A DNA stretch of 64,000 bases from NCBI GenBank assembly GCA_028866435.1, contig JAGWIC010000001.1, forward strand, positions 49,196 through 113,195. Direction: 5' to 3'. The notes below the pieces were generated by a model, which did no database searches, was not told the origin of the DNA, and saw only the letters and a program-made list of their open reading frames with translations. The stretch's first letter is position 1, and each line of letters begins with the position of its first letter. Positions 1-9,930 of this stretch are shown here, piece after piece. The position numbers and the translations under genes were made by a program. This DNA comes from Lysobacteraceae bacterium. Lineage in GTDB: Bacteria; Pseudomonadota; Gammaproteobacteria; Xanthomonadales; Rhodanobacteraceae.

Positions 1-4
1 CGAC

Positions 5-1501
5 TTGCGCTTGCTCGGTGACGGGCTTTCCAATCGCGGCAACGTGCAGTCGTTGATCGGCGAGCCGGGGCTCGCTCTGGTCGACTTTCTGCAGGCGCAG
101 CGCGACTACCAGGATGCTGGCGAGACCGTGGACGCCCAGTTGAACCTGCTCAATATCGCCACGGCCTACCGGCGCATCGGCCAGATGCCCAAGGCGCGCC
201 AGTACATGGAGCAGTCCCTGGATTACGCCCGCCAGCGCCACGATGTGTCGCAGCAGATCGCGGCGGAAGAGCAGATGGGGTTCCTGGAGCTGGAGTCGTC
301 CCATCAGCCGCAGGCACTGCGCCATTTCGAGCAGGCCATCGCGATGGCGCGTCCGCTGGATCAGCAGGAGGCCCTCGGCTCGGCCTATCTCGGCGAGGCG
401 CAGGCATTCAACCTGAGCGCTCACCCCCGGCAGGCGCTGGCGTCGCTGACGCTCGCGCAAGCGGCGTTCGACCGCGTCCATGATCGTTCCAATATCGACA
501 TGATCGCCTTGCAGGCGGGCGAGGCCCATGCCGCGCTCGGTCTGTACGCCCAGGCCGAGGCCGAGTACGACAAGGCCGCGCTTTCGCTCGGCCCGAGCGG
601 CAACCTGCGTTATCTGTCCGAGTTGCTGGGCGCGCGCGCCCGCACGGAACAGGCCCTGGGCCAGCTGCCGCAGGCGGTGGTCGACCTGCGCCACGACATC
701 GCCGTGCGCGAGGCGCTGGACCGGAATGCCGAACGCTACAACACCATGCTGATGAGCTATCAGTTCGACAGCGCGAGGCAGGATCAGGAGGAGCGCCGCA
801 TCCGTGAGGAGAGCGCCATGCAGGGGCGCCAGCTGCTGGCCTTGCAGCGGGTCCGCCGCTGGCAAAGCCTGGCCATCGTCCTGGCCGGCCTGTTGCTGCT
901 CGGCCTGCTCGGCCTGGCCTGGCGGCAATGGCGCAACTCGCGCCGGCTGCACTCGCTGGCGATGACCGATCCACTGACCGGCATCGCCAACCGGCGGCGT
1001 ATCGAACAGATGATGGCCAGGGCGATGGAGGCCGCCGGCGAAAGCGGCGACAGGTTGAGCGTCGTCATATTCGACATCGACCACTTCAAGCGCATCAACG
1101 ATATCCACGGCCACGCGGTTGGCGACATCGTGCTGGTGCGGCTGGTCGCCGCCTGCAGCGCGATGCTGCGGCCGCTCGATCAGCTGGGGCGGATGGGCGG
1201 TGAGGAGTTTCTTCTGATTCTGCCTGAAACCCCGCTCGAGACCGGCCGCAGGGTGGCCGAGCGCCTGCGCGAATGCGCCCGCCGGGTGGCGCTGGACGAC
1301 ATCGCGCCGGAGCTGGTGGTCACCATAAGCCTGGGCGTCGCGCAGCAGGCATACCCCGGGCAGCCCATGGAAGCCCTGCTCGAGCATGCGGACCGGGCCA
1401 TGTACCGGGCCAAGGCGGCCGGACGCGACCGGGTCGAGCTGGCCGGCCCGCTGCCACTGCCCGATCCGGTTCGCGCCGGCCAGCAGGCCGTTCTGCCCTA
1501 G
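5..1501 (+). CDS. TPR-repeat, membrane-anchored diguanylate cyclase (probably 5'-truncated by the window edge)
   Basis: TPR-like helical repeats, one TM segment (LAIVLAGLLLLGLLGLAW), then TDPLTG, DIDHFKRIND and GGEEF, with an RxxD I-site (RPLD) five residues upstream. Confidence 0.9.
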   Translation: MRLLGDGLSNRGNVQSLIGEPGLALVDFLQAQRDYQDAGETVDAQLNLLNIATAYRRIGQMPKARQYMEQSLDYARQRHDVSQQIAAEEQMGFLELESSHQPQALRHFEQAIAMARPLDQQEALGSAYLGEAQAFNLSAHPRQALASLTLAQAAFDRVHDRSNIDMIALQAGEAHAALGLYAQAEAEYDKAALSLGPSGNLRYLSELLGARARTEQALGQLPQAVVDLRHDIAVREALDRNAERYNTMLMSYQFDSARQDQEERRIREESAMQGRQLLALQRVRRWQSLAIVLAGLLLLGLLGLAWRQWRNSRRLHSLAMTDPLTGIANRRRIEQMMARAMEAAGESGDRLSVVIFDIDHFKRINDIHGHAVGDIVLVRLVAACSAMLRPLDQLGRMGGEEFLLILPETPLETGRRVAERLRECARRVALDDIAPELVVTISLGVAQQAYPGQPMEALLEHADRAMYRAKAAGRDRVELAGPLPLPDPVRAGQQAVLP

Positions 1502-3552
1502 GCGCGCGGACGTCCGGCGCCGGCGGGCGCGGAGCCGGCGGGAGCCGGTCCCGGCGAAGGCGCGGCGGGACAGCTGACCGCGCGACGCGCGCTGGCGTCG
1601 TTCGGCAGCGCATACGGCTGGTCGATCGGGCCCATGCGCACGTCGAGCGGCACCGCCGTGCCGTGCAGGCGCCAGTCGTAGATCACGCTGAACGCCATCA
1701 CCCGCGCCACGTATTCGCGGGTTTCCTTGAAGGGGATGGTGGCCACGAACAGGTCCGGGGCGAGTGTGCCGCGCGCGGCCAGCCACGCATCGACCCGGTT
1801 CGGGCCGGCGTTGTAGGCGGCGCTGGCCAGCCACGGCGAGCCGTTGAAGCGCTGTGCCAGTTGCGCCAGGTAAAGGGTGCCGAGGTCGATATTGACGGCG
1901 GGGTCGTACAGGCTGTCGCCGCCGCTCCAGGCGAGGCCGTTGCGCCGCGCCACCAGGGCGGCGGTCGCCGGCACCAGCTGCATCAGTCCGCGGGCGTCGG
2001 CGGCCGAGCGGGCGTCGCTCATCCACGCGCTTTCTGCGCGCAGGATGCCGTAGGCCCAGGCCGGCTCGATGCCTGCCTGTTCGGCCATCGCCACCAGCCC
2101 GTCCCGGGGTACCAGCGGGAAGCGCAGGCCATACAGCCGCAGCGCATCGCCGCTGCTCAGCGCGAAGACGGCGCGATCGTACCAGCCGCGCCGGTGGGCG
2201 AGCTGCACCGCCGCCTCCAGCGTGGCCCGGTCGGCGCCTTGCAGCGCGCGTGCCCATTCGCGCCGGGCCAGTCGCGGCAGGTCGACGGCGTAGAGCTCGA
2301 ATGCACGGACCAGGCCGGCGCGGCCCAGCAGCTCGCGCTCGCGCTGCGCGTCGTCGCGCAGCTGCAGCGGGCACAGCGCATAGGGCTGGTTGACCTGGTC
2401 GGCGGCGAGGAAGCCGAAGAAGGTGGGCCGCTCCGCCAGGCTGGCGAACAGTCGCCGTGCCTGCCCGGCATGACCGGTCTGCCCCAGCGCGCGGGCGCGA
2501 AAGTATTGCCACTCGTCGTCCTGCTGCTGGTCGGCGGGCATGGCGTCGATCGCGTCAAGCACGCCGGGCCAGTCCTGTCGCGCCAGGGCGACGCGCACGC
2601 GCCACTCGCGGGTGCTGTCGCTCTGGGCGCCGGGGGGCAGGGCGATCAGCCGCGCCAGCGAGCCGTCCTCGAAATCGGTGGCATGGAACAAGGCCAGCGT
2701 GTGCAGGATCCGGTCGCGTTGCTGCTGGCTGAAGCGGAAGCGTGGCTGCAACTGCGCCCACGCCGCATCGGCGCTGTCCGGCTGGCGCCGCGCCATCCGG
2801 GTCAAGGCCAGCGTGGCGGCCTGTCGGGCGCGTGCGGTGTCGGGCCAGCCGGTCGCCGCGGCCAGCGCGCCGGCGGGATCGGTCAGCGCCTGGGCCAGCC
2901 GCCGCGCGCTCGCCTGGTCGGCATCCGGCAGCCAGCCGGCGAGGCTGGCGATGGTGCCGGCCTGGCCGGCATCGGCGGCGCGGTCGATGCGGGTCCACAG
3001 GCGCGCGCGGCTGAGCAGGCCCTGCTCGTGCGCCGCGTCGAGTACCGGGTCGCAGGCGCCGGGCAGGTTGCTGCGCGACCACAGGCGGGCCAGATCGTTG
3101 TCGAAATCCAGCTGGCCGCCGCCCGCCAGCTTCGCCTGCAGCGCATCGCAGCTCAGGGTCACGCCGAGACCGGGCTGGTACAGCGCCATGAAACCGGCCC
3201 AGTCGCGCCGGCGCGCGAGCTCGAGCAGAAAGGCGCGGCGCAGGTCGGCGGCGGGGATTCCGTCCGGGTATTGCCGGAGGTAGGCGGTCACCGTGGCGAG
3301 GTCGGTCTGCTGGATATCGTGTTCCAGCGCCGCCTCCTGCAGGTAGGGATACAGCGGGTAGTCGCGCAGGCCGCGGGCCAGCGCACGCCAGCCATCGCCG
3401 CCTTGCCGGGCGGCGGCGTAGGCCTGCTTGAAGGCCGCCCGCTGGTCGGTGGTGGGCGTGCCGCCCTGGGCGTGGACGATGCCGGCCAGGCCGGTCACGA
3501 CCAGCGCCAGCCAGCGTGAGCGGAGGCGCCGGCGTGGGGTGGAAACGGGCAT
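1498..3552 (-). CDS. slt: Soluble lytic murein transglycosylase (Slt70-like)
   Basis: Signal peptide, LRDYPLYPYL N-terminal motif, and SLT motifs RAES, ARGLMQL, AAYNAGP, IPFKETREYV. Start moved to ATG 3552. Confidence 0.9.
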   Translation of the reverse strand: MPVSTPRRRLRSRWLALVVTGLAGIVHAQGGTPTTDQRAAFKQAYAAARQGGDGWRALARGLRDYPLYPYLQEAALEHDIQQTDLATVTAYLRQYPDGIPAADLRRAFLLELARRRDWAGFMALYQPGLGVTLSCDALQAKLAGGGQLDFDNDLARLWSRSNLPGACDPVLDAAHEQGLLSRARLWTRIDRAADAGQAGTIASLAGWLPDADQASARRLAQALTDPAGALAAATGWPDTARARQAATLALTRMARRQPDSADAAWAQLQPRFRFSQQQRDRILHTLALFHATDFEDGSLARLIALPPGAQSDSTREWRVRVALARQDWPGVLDAIDAMPADQQQDDEWQYFRARALGQTGHAGQARRLFASLAERPTFFGFLAADQVNQPYALCPLQLRDDAQRERELLGRAGLVRAFELYAVDLPRLARREWARALQGADRATLEAAVQLAHRRGWYDRAVFALSSGDALRLYGLRFPLVPRDGLVAMAEQAGIEPAWAYGILRAESAWMSDARSAADARGLMQLVPATAALVARRNGLAWSGGDSLYDPAVNIDLGTLYLAQLAQRFNGSPWLASAAYNAGPNRVDAWLAARGTLAPDLFVATIPFKETREYVARVMAFSVIYDWRLHGTAVPLDVRMGPIDQPYALPNDASARRAVSCPAAPSPGPAPAGSAPAGAGRPRA

Positions 3553-3819
3553 GGCAACTCCTGCGTTCGATCGGTGCCGAGTGTAGTGGATGGGCCGTTG
3601 CGGCCTGCCGCGGACTGTGCCGGATGCAGTTCGACCAGGCGCTGAATTCGCCTGCACCGTCCACGGTAAGCCGCCGCTTTCCGGTCGAACCGCGAGGCGG
3701 CGACGAAGCCGTGGCCACCGGCTCCTGCGCGGAGGCCCGGCCGGGCTGACGAGTTCGATGAGTGCCGGCGCGGCCCTGCTAAGCTGACACGCTGATTTCC
3801 ACCCCGCCACGGTATCCGC

Positions 3820-5424
3820 ATGTCGTCATCCCCCGCATCTGTGCCTTACCGAGAGGGGTTGGCGTGGCTGGCGCTGCTGTTGCTCGCCGTGGCCGGGGCG
3901 GGCTGGTGGTGGGCGGCCGGCCGGCCGGTGGACCTGCCCGATGCGCCGTCCGCGCGGATCGCCTGCGTGTCGTACGCGCCGTTCCGCAAGCCGGGCGAGA
4001 CGCCGCTGGATCCGCATGCCTTCATCAGCCCCGAGCGCATCGACGCGGACCTGACGGCGCTGTCGCAGCGTTTCGACTGCGTGCGCACGTATTCGCAGGG
4101 ACAGGGCCTGAGCGCGGTGCCGGCGATCGCCGCCCGCCACGGCATGAAGGTGCTGCTCGGCATCTGGCTGGGCGGCGATCGGCGGCAAAACGCCGAGCAG
4201 GTCAGGCTGGGCATCGCCACCGCGCAACGCTATCCGCAGGTGGTGCGCGGGGTGATCGTCGGCAACGAGGTGCTGCTGCGCGGGGACCTGTCCCCGGCGC
4301 AACTGATCGGCTACCTGCAGCAGGTCCGCGCGGCGGTCACCGAGCCGGTGACCTATGCCGACGTATGGGAGTTCTGGCTGCGTCATCCCGAGCTGGCCAA
4401 CGCGGTCGACTACCTCACCATCCACATCCTGCCGTACTGGGAAGACACGCCGGTGGCGCCGGCGCGCGCGGTGCAGCATGTGGCCGCGGTGTACGCCCGG
4501 GTGCAAAAGGCGTTTCCCGGACGCCGGGTGATGATCGGCGAAACCGGCTGGCCCAGCGCCGGGCGACCGCGCCAGGCCGCCAGCGCCAGCATCGTCAACG
4601 AGGCGCGCTACCTGCGCGGGTTCCTTGCCTACGCGGCCAGGGTCGACATGCCCTACAACGTGATCGAGGCCTTCGACCAGCCGTGGAAACGCGCGCAGGA
4701 AGGCACCGCCGGCGGTTACTGGGGCATCTTCGATGCGCATGCGCGAGCGAAGTTTCCGATGCAGGGGCCGGTGGTCGAGGAGTCGCGCTGGTGGGCTGGC
4801 TGGCTCGCCGGCGCGGCGGCGGGAGGCCTGTTCGTGCTGGTCGGCGGATGGCGCCGCCGCTGGCGTGGCCGGCTGGCGGCGGGGCTGGCCGGAATCGCCA
4901 GCGGCTGTGCGCTGGCCTGGCAGTACCGGCAGATGCTGTTCGCCTGCCGCGATGGATGGGAGTGGACGGTATCGCTCGGCGCCTGCGTGCTGGCGCTGAT
5001 CACCGCGCTGCGGCTGGCGCACTGGATCGCCGCCCGCCTCGCCGCCCAGGCCATGCCTTCACCGTTGGCGGGATGGTGGCGCCTGGGCTGGCTGTTCGCG
5101 CTGACGTACTACGACCTGCTGCTGGTGTTCGACGGGCGCTACCGCGATTTCCCGCTGGGCCTGTTCTTCCTGCCCTGCGCCGGCTTCGCCCTGCTGGCCT
5201 GGCTGTCCGATTCACGTGCGCTGCCGATGCCGCGACTGGAAGAGCGTTTCCTGGCGGCGTGGTTGCCGTTGCTGGCGCTGGTTGTGTTGATGCAGGAAGC
5301 CTGGCTGACGCCAGTGGCCTGGTTATGGCTGGGATTGAACCTGCTGCTCGCGCTGCCGGTGCTGTTCGATTGGCGCGCGGCGCGCATCGGCCTGCAGCCG
5401 CAGCAGGCGCAGGCAAGCCAGTAG
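3820..5424 (+). CDS. Membrane-bound GH17 glucanosyltransferase (NdvC-like, periplasmic beta-glucan synthesis)
   Basis: N-terminal TM, GH17 motifs VGNEVL, HILPYWE, IGETGWPS and EAFDQPWK, followed by several C-terminal TM helices. Confidence 0.8.
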   Translation: MSSSPASVPYREGLAWLALLLLAVAGAGWWWAAGRPVDLPDAPSARIACVSYAPFRKPGETPLDPHAFISPERIDADLTALSQRFDCVRTYSQGQGLSAVPAIAARHGMKVLLGIWLGGDRRQNAEQVRLGIATAQRYPQVVRGVIVGNEVLLRGDLSPAQLIGYLQQVRAAVTEPVTYADVWEFWLRHPELANAVDYLTIHILPYWEDTPVAPARAVQHVAAVYARVQKAFPGRRVMIGETGWPSAGRPRQAASASIVNEARYLRGFLAYAARVDMPYNVIEAFDQPWKRAQEGTAGGYWGIFDAHARAKFPMQGPVVEESRWWAGWLAGAAAGGLFVLVGGWRRRWRGRLAAGLAGIASGCALAWQYRQMLFACRDGWEWTVSLGACVLALITALRLAHWIAARLAAQAMPSPLAGWWRLGWLFALTYYDLLLVFDGRYRDFPLGLFFLPCAGFALLAWLSDSRALPMPRLEERFLAAWLPLLALVVLMQEAWLTPVAWLWLGLNLLLALPVLFDWRAARIGLQPQQAQASQ

Positions 5425-5739
5425 CAAGGCCAGCGCGGCGGGCTCGACGCAATACAGCTGCAGGGCGAACACCGCCAGGGCGGCGCCCAGCCAGGCCAGC
5501 GCCTGCCGTCGCGAGAACAACGCGGCCGCCGCCGCCAGCAGGGCGAGCACGCCGTAGATCTGGTGCAGGAACCCGTACACCAGCCACTCGCGCCACGTGC
5601 ACCACCAGGGCGCGTGGCGGTCGCTGCACAGCGCGCCGATCGCGCTGGATTCGACCAGCCCGAAACGCAAGGCCAGCGCGCCCAGGCCCACCGCCAGCAG
5701 CAGCAGCCAGGGCAGCGCCAGTCGCCATGCGGGCCTCAT
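5323..5739 (-). CDS. Small integral membrane protein of unknown function (138 aa)
   Basis: C-terminal part of ORF 5323..6738 (MRPAWRLALPW...). The ATG overlaps the EEP gene stop (ATGA). About four hydrophobic segments and a C-x7-C loop. Confidence 0.7.
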   Translation of the reverse strand: MRPAWRLALPWLLLLAVGLGALALRFGLVESSAIGALCSDRHAPWWCTWREWLVYGFLHQIYGVLALLAAAAALFSRRQALAWLGAALAVFALQLYCVEPAALALLLACLRLLRLQADARRAPIEQHRQREQQVQSQP

Positions 5740-6554
5740 CGCCGGTGCTTCCCGGCGGGCTTGCGGCCGACGTGCGCGGGCAGGCGGATCTCGGCCGCCA
5801 GCGGCAGGTGGTCGGAGAACGCCTGCGGCAGGGTCCACACCTTGTCCAGCTGCACCGCCGGCGAGGTGAGGATGTGATCCAACGCCCGCCGCGGCTTCCA
5901 GCTGGGAAAGGTCGGCGTGGTCTGCGCCGGCGGCTGCAGGCTGCATTTGCTGAACAGCTGGCGCATCTCGACGCTTTCCGGTTCGGTGTTGAGATCGCCC
6001 ATCAGCACGGCATGGGGAAAGTCCTGCAGCAACTCGGCGATGAAGCCGAGTTGGCGCGCGCGCGCCGGCGCGCTCAGCGACAGGTGCGCGACCATCAGCG
6101 CCAGCGCGCTGTCGCCCTCGCCGAACTGGGCCAGCAGGGCGCCGCGGCCGGGGATCCGGCTGGGCAGCGGATAGTCCAGCACCGAATAGGGCTCCAGGCG
6201 GCTGATCAAGCCGTTCGCCGAGTGTGCCAGCCGGGCCATCGGACGATTGGGCTGGTGGCTCCAGAACGGCATCCGCGCCGTTTCGGCCAGGTAGCGGGTC
6301 TGGTTGAGAAAGCCCGAGCGCAGGCTGCCGGCATCGGCCTCCTGCAGGCCGATCACGTCGAACCGGGGCAGGAGCTCGGCCAGCCGGTCGAGGTTGTCCA
6401 TCTTGCGGCGCCCGGGCAGCACCGCGCTGAGGCTGCGGGTGACGTATTCGTGGTAGCGCTGCACGCTGCCGCCGGCCAGGATGTTGCAGCTCAGCAGGCG
6501 CAGTCGGCGTTCGGCGGGGGCTGTGGCTGGGGAGGGGGACGCGGCGCGGGTCAT
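5736..6554 (-). CDS. Endonuclease/exonuclease/phosphatase (EEP) family protein
   Basis: Motifs LLSCNI, IGLQE, LMGDLN, LDHIL and SDHLP. Confidence 0.85.
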   Translation of the reverse strand: MTRAASPSPATAPAERRLRLLSCNILAGGSVQRYHEYVTRSLSAVLPGRRKMDNLDRLAELLPRFDVIGLQEADAGSLRSGFLNQTRYLAETARMPFWSHQPNRPMARLAHSANGLISRLEPYSVLDYPLPSRIPGRGALLAQFGEGDSALALMVAHLSLSAPARARQLGFIAELLQDFPHAVLMGDLNTEPESVEMRQLFSKCSLQPPAQTTPTFPSWKPRRALDHILTSPAVQLDKVWTLPQAFSDHLPLAAEIRLPAHVGRKPAGKHRR

Positions 6555-6679
6555 CACGGGATACGGCGGGAAATGGGGACGGTGCCTGCAGGCCGTCATC
6601 CGGCGGGGCGACCAGCATGATCCGGCAGATGTGAATGCTGCGCCAGTCGCCGCGCCTGCACGCCGCGACCGGCCGGAAA

Positions 6680-7330
6680 TCACTTGCCGGCGAGTTCCCG
6701 CCGGGCCAGCCACAAGGCCACCGCCACCATCTCCTCATGCGAGCGGACGGTGGCCACGCGGTACTTGCCGTCGACCACCAGGGTGGGCGTGCCGTCGACC
6801 TGCCAGCGGCGGATCAGGTCGAGGTCGCGCTGCATCTTCTCGGTGGTTTCCTTGGAGTTGGCGATGCTCATGAACTTGGCGCGGTCAACGCCTTCGCGGG
6901 CGTAGAAGTCGCCCAGTTCGCCCATCGAGTTGATCGGGTAATGATCCGTGAACTTGGCCTTGAACAGCGCCAAGTGCGTGCGGTCGACCACGCCGAGCTG
7001 CTTGGCGGCGTAGTACGCGCGGGCGAACGGTATCCATTCCTCGTTGAACGGCGCCGGCATCAGCTTGAACTCCACCCCGGCCGGCAGCTCCTTGCGCAGG
7101 GTTTCGGCGACGGGCGCAAACTGGGCGCAGTGGATGCAGCCGTAGGAGAACACCTCGACGATCTCCACCTTGCCGGCCTTGCTGTAGCGCTGGTAGGGCG
7201 CCGGCAGGGTCACGTACTGGACGCCGTCGGTGTACGGTGCCGTGGCACTGGGCTGGGCCGTGCAGGCGCTGGCCAGCAGCAGGCCGCCGAGCAACACGAG
7301 CAGGGGCAGGCGGATGAAACGCTTGAGCAT
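6680..7330 (-). CDS. dsbA: Thiol:disulfide oxidoreductase DsbA (CIHC)
   Basis: Signal/lipobox-like N-terminus, EVFSYGCIHC, cis-Pro loop GTPT, VDGKY. Confidence 0.88.
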   Translation of the reverse strand: MLKRFIRLPLLVLLGGLLLASACTAQPSATAPYTDGVQYVTLPAPYQRYSKAGKVEIVEVFSYGCIHCAQFAPVAETLRKELPAGVEFKLMPAPFNEEWIPFARAYYAAKQLGVVDRTHLALFKAKFTDHYPINSMGELGDFYAREGVDRAKFMSIANSKETTEKMQRDLDLIRRWQVDGTPTLVVDGKYRVATVRSHEEMVAVALWLARRELAGK

Positions 7331-7390
7331 GGGGATGTTCCCGTTCGCAGGCAGGTGGAAACGCCGGTGGGTCCGTTCGGCCGGGCCGGC

Positions 7391-8278
7391 TTACTTGCCG
7401 GCGGCCACCTTCGCCACCAGCCACTGGGTCAGTTCGATCGTCTGTGCGTAGCCGCCGGCCGAGCCCGGGTCGAAACGGTACTTGCCGTCGACGACCATGG
7501 TCGGGGTGCCTTCCACGCCGTAGGCCTTGATCAGGTCGTCCGCCCGCTTCATCTGGGTGTTGACCGAAAACGAGGTGGCGATGCCGACGAATTCCTTGGG
7601 GTTGGCGCCGTACTTGGCGTAGAACTTGGCCATGTCGTCGATCGTCGGCCAGGCTTCCTTCGGCTTCAGGCCGTTGCCCTTGAGGTTGTAGGTGGACAGC
7701 TCGCCGGTTTTCCAGGTGGCGTCGAACATGGCGTCCTGGGTCTTTTCGACCAGTCCCAGCGCCTTCGCGGCATAGAACGCGCGCTGGTACACCGGCCAGT
7801 TCTCGTCGGGCCGGAACGCGGCCGGCAGATAGTTCATCACCGCGCCGGCGGGCAGGCTCCTGGCGATCTGGTCGACGGTGGAATGGAACGCGTTGCAGGC
7901 CGGGCAGCCGTAGGAGAACACCTCGGTCACCTCGATCTTGCCGGGGTGGCTGGTCGGCTGGGCCGGATCGATGACGAAATAGTTCTTGCCGGCGACCCAC
8001 TTGCCGGTGTCGACGAACGGCGTGACCGCCGCCGCTGCCGGCGCGCTCCGTGCGGGCGCGGCGGCCGTGCTGGCGGTGCTGGCCGGTGCGCTCGAGGCTG
8101 CCGCGCTGGTGCCGCTGCCGGCTGGCGCGGCGCTGCTGGCTGCCGGCGCGGGCGTCGCCGTCGCGCTGGCGCTGGCGCTGGTCGCGGCGGCGGGTTGCGC
8201 GGCTTGGCCACTGTTGTCATGGCTGCAGGCGGCGAGTGCAAGCAGGGTGGCGCACAGGAAGGGCAGACGTTTCAACAT
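7391..8278 (-). CDS. dsbA: DsbA-family lipoprotein (CPAC) with Ala-rich linker
   Basis: Lipobox LAAC, Ala/Ser/Pro linker, EVFSYGCPAC, GTPT. Confidence 0.88.
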   Translation of the reverse strand: MLKRLPFLCATLLALAACSHDNSGQAAQPAAATSASASATATPAPAASSAAPAGSGTSAAASSAPASTASTAAAPARSAPAAAAVTPFVDTGKWVAGKNYFVIDPAQPTSHPGKIEVTEVFSYGCPACNAFHSTVDQIARSLPAGAVMNYLPAAFRPDENWPVYQRAFYAAKALGLVEKTQDAMFDATWKTGELSTYNLKGNGLKPKEAWPTIDDMAKFYAKYGANPKEFVGIATSFSVNTQMKRADDLIKAYGVEGTPTMVVDGKYRFDPGSAGGYAQTIELTQWLVAKVAAGK

Positions 8279-8344
8279 GGCGGGTCTCGGATCGGCGGGA
8301 CGTAAAACCGGCGGCGCCGACCTGGTGGTCGGCGCGCGGTGGGG

Positions 8345-9106
8345 TCAGGGAGCGGCGGCGGTAGTCGACCCGACGCCGTGCAGGCCTTCGACATAGCTCG
8401 CTACGGCGGCGATGTCGTTGGCGTCGAGCTTCCTGGCGATCGTCGGCATGATCCGCGAGTGGGCATCGTCACCCCAGCTGGTGCCGTCGTGCCAGGCCTT
8501 CAGGGTGGCTTCGACGTATTGCGCGTGCTGACCGGCCAGCTGCGGGTACATCGCACCGGGGTTGCCGCGGCCGTCGATGCTGTGGCACGCCATGCAGGCC
8601 GGCACGCCTTGCGCCGGGTCGCCCTCGCGGAACAGCGTCTGGCCGCGCTCGACCAGTGCCTGGTCGGCCACGCCCGGCAAGGATTTCTTGCTGGAGAAGT
8701 AGGCGGCGACATCGCGCATGTCCTGGGTAGACAGCGGCGTGGCCATGCCCAGCATGATCGGGTTCTGCCGCTTGCCCGACTTGAAGTCGGTCAGCTGGCG
8801 CACGATGTATTGCGCGTTCTGGCCGGCCAGCTTCGGAAACTGCGGGGCGACGGAGTTGCCGTCCAGGCCATGACAGGCGCCGCAAACGGCGGCCTTGGCC
8901 TGGCCGATCTTGGCGTCGCCGGGCCTGAGCGCCACCTGCACGGGGGGCGGTGCGGCTGCCACGGCCGCGGCAGCCGGCGCGGCGGCTGTGCTGGCGGTTG
9001 CGGGGGTACCGGCCTGGGCCAGTGCGGCGCCGGCAGGCAGGGCAAACATGAGGGTCAAGGCGGTGCCGAAGACAGCAGGCCGAAAACCAGCGGAGCGAAA
9101 ACTCAT
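8345..9106 (-). CDS. Diheme cytochrome c4
   Basis: Signal peptide, two CxxCH motifs (CGACH, CMACH), P.LAGQ repeats. The divergent engB / c4-dsbA arrangement is a familiar one. Confidence 0.92.
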   Translation of the reverse strand: MSFRSAGFRPAVFGTALTLMFALPAGAALAQAGTPATASTAAAPAAAAVAAAPPPVQVALRPGDAKIGQAKAAVCGACHGLDGNSVAPQFPKLAGQNAQYIVRQLTDFKSGKRQNPIMLGMATPLSTQDMRDVAAYFSSKKSLPGVADQALVERGQTLFREGDPAQGVPACMACHSIDGRGNPGAMYPQLAGQHAQYVEATLKAWHDGTSWGDDAHSRIMPTIARKLDANDIAAVASYVEGLHGVGSTTAAAP

Positions 9107-9221
9107 ACACTTGACTCCCGAGTGACTTGCAACAACTGCCCCGAGCGCAACCACGAAGCCTGCGTGTGAGCAGAAACCGAAGAATTATCCCGTGCCGTCC
9201 CATCCTGGTCAAACCATTCCC

Positions 9222-9881
9222 ATGTCAAATCCGTTGCAGGGGGCGCAGTTCATGCTCGCCGCCCACCGCGTCAGCCAGCTTCCCGTCGACCATGGCGCCG
9301 AGGTGGCATTCGCCGGCCGCTCCAATGCCGGCAAATCCAGTGCCCTGAACGCGTTGACCAACCACAAGGGTCTGGCGCGGACCTCCAAGACGCCCGGGCG
9401 CACCCAGCAGATGGTGGCCTTCAGCCTGCCGGGCGTTGCCGCCGACGTCCAGGCCGCCGGCTCGCCGCGGCGGCTGATCGACCTGCCCGGTTATGGCTAC
9501 GCCAAGGTGCCGCTGGAGATGCGCGAACACTGGCGGCTGGAGATCGACGCCTACCTCAAGCAGCGCCGCAGCTTGCGCGGGCTGGTCCTGATCGTCGATA
9601 TCCGCCATCCGCTGAAGGAATTCGATCGCCAGATGCTGGAGTTCTGTTTCGCCACGCAACTGCCCTGCCACCTGCTGCTGACCAAGGCCGACAAGCTGTC
9701 GCGCGGCCAGGCAGCCACCGCGCTGGCCGCGTTGCGCAAGCAGTTCGCCGCCGAAGGGCTGCATGCCACCGTCCAGGTATTTTCTTCCTCCGCCGGCACC
9801 GGCGTGGAGGAGGCGCGCGAGGCGGTGATGGCGCTGCTGCGGCAGCCGCGGGAAGGTGCGCACCAGGCCCGCCAGCACTGA
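9222..9881 (+). CDS. engB: Ribosome biogenesis GTPase YihA/EngB
   Basis: GRSNAGKSS, SKTPGRT, DLPGYG, TKADK. Confidence 0.95.
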   Translation: MSNPLQGAQFMLAAHRVSQLPVDHGAEVAFAGRSNAGKSSALNALTNHKGLARTSKTPGRTQQMVAFSLPGVAADVQAAGSPRRLIDLPGYGYAKVPLEMREHWRLEIDAYLKQRRSLRGLVLIVDIRHPLKEFDRQMLEFCFATQLPCHLLLTKADKLSRGQAATALAALRKQFAAEGLHATVQVFSSSAGTGVEEAREAVMALLRQPREGAHQARQH

Positions 9882-9930
9882 GGCGCATGGCCGGCGCCGG
9901 GCGCGAGCCTGCGGCAACGTGCCGCAGCGC

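Noticed and set aside
3626-3693. Cloverleaf-like fold considered as a tRNA
   Set aside because: No properly placed T-loop, D-loop or CCA end, and the stem lengths do not fit. Kept only as a generic structured-RNA candidate.
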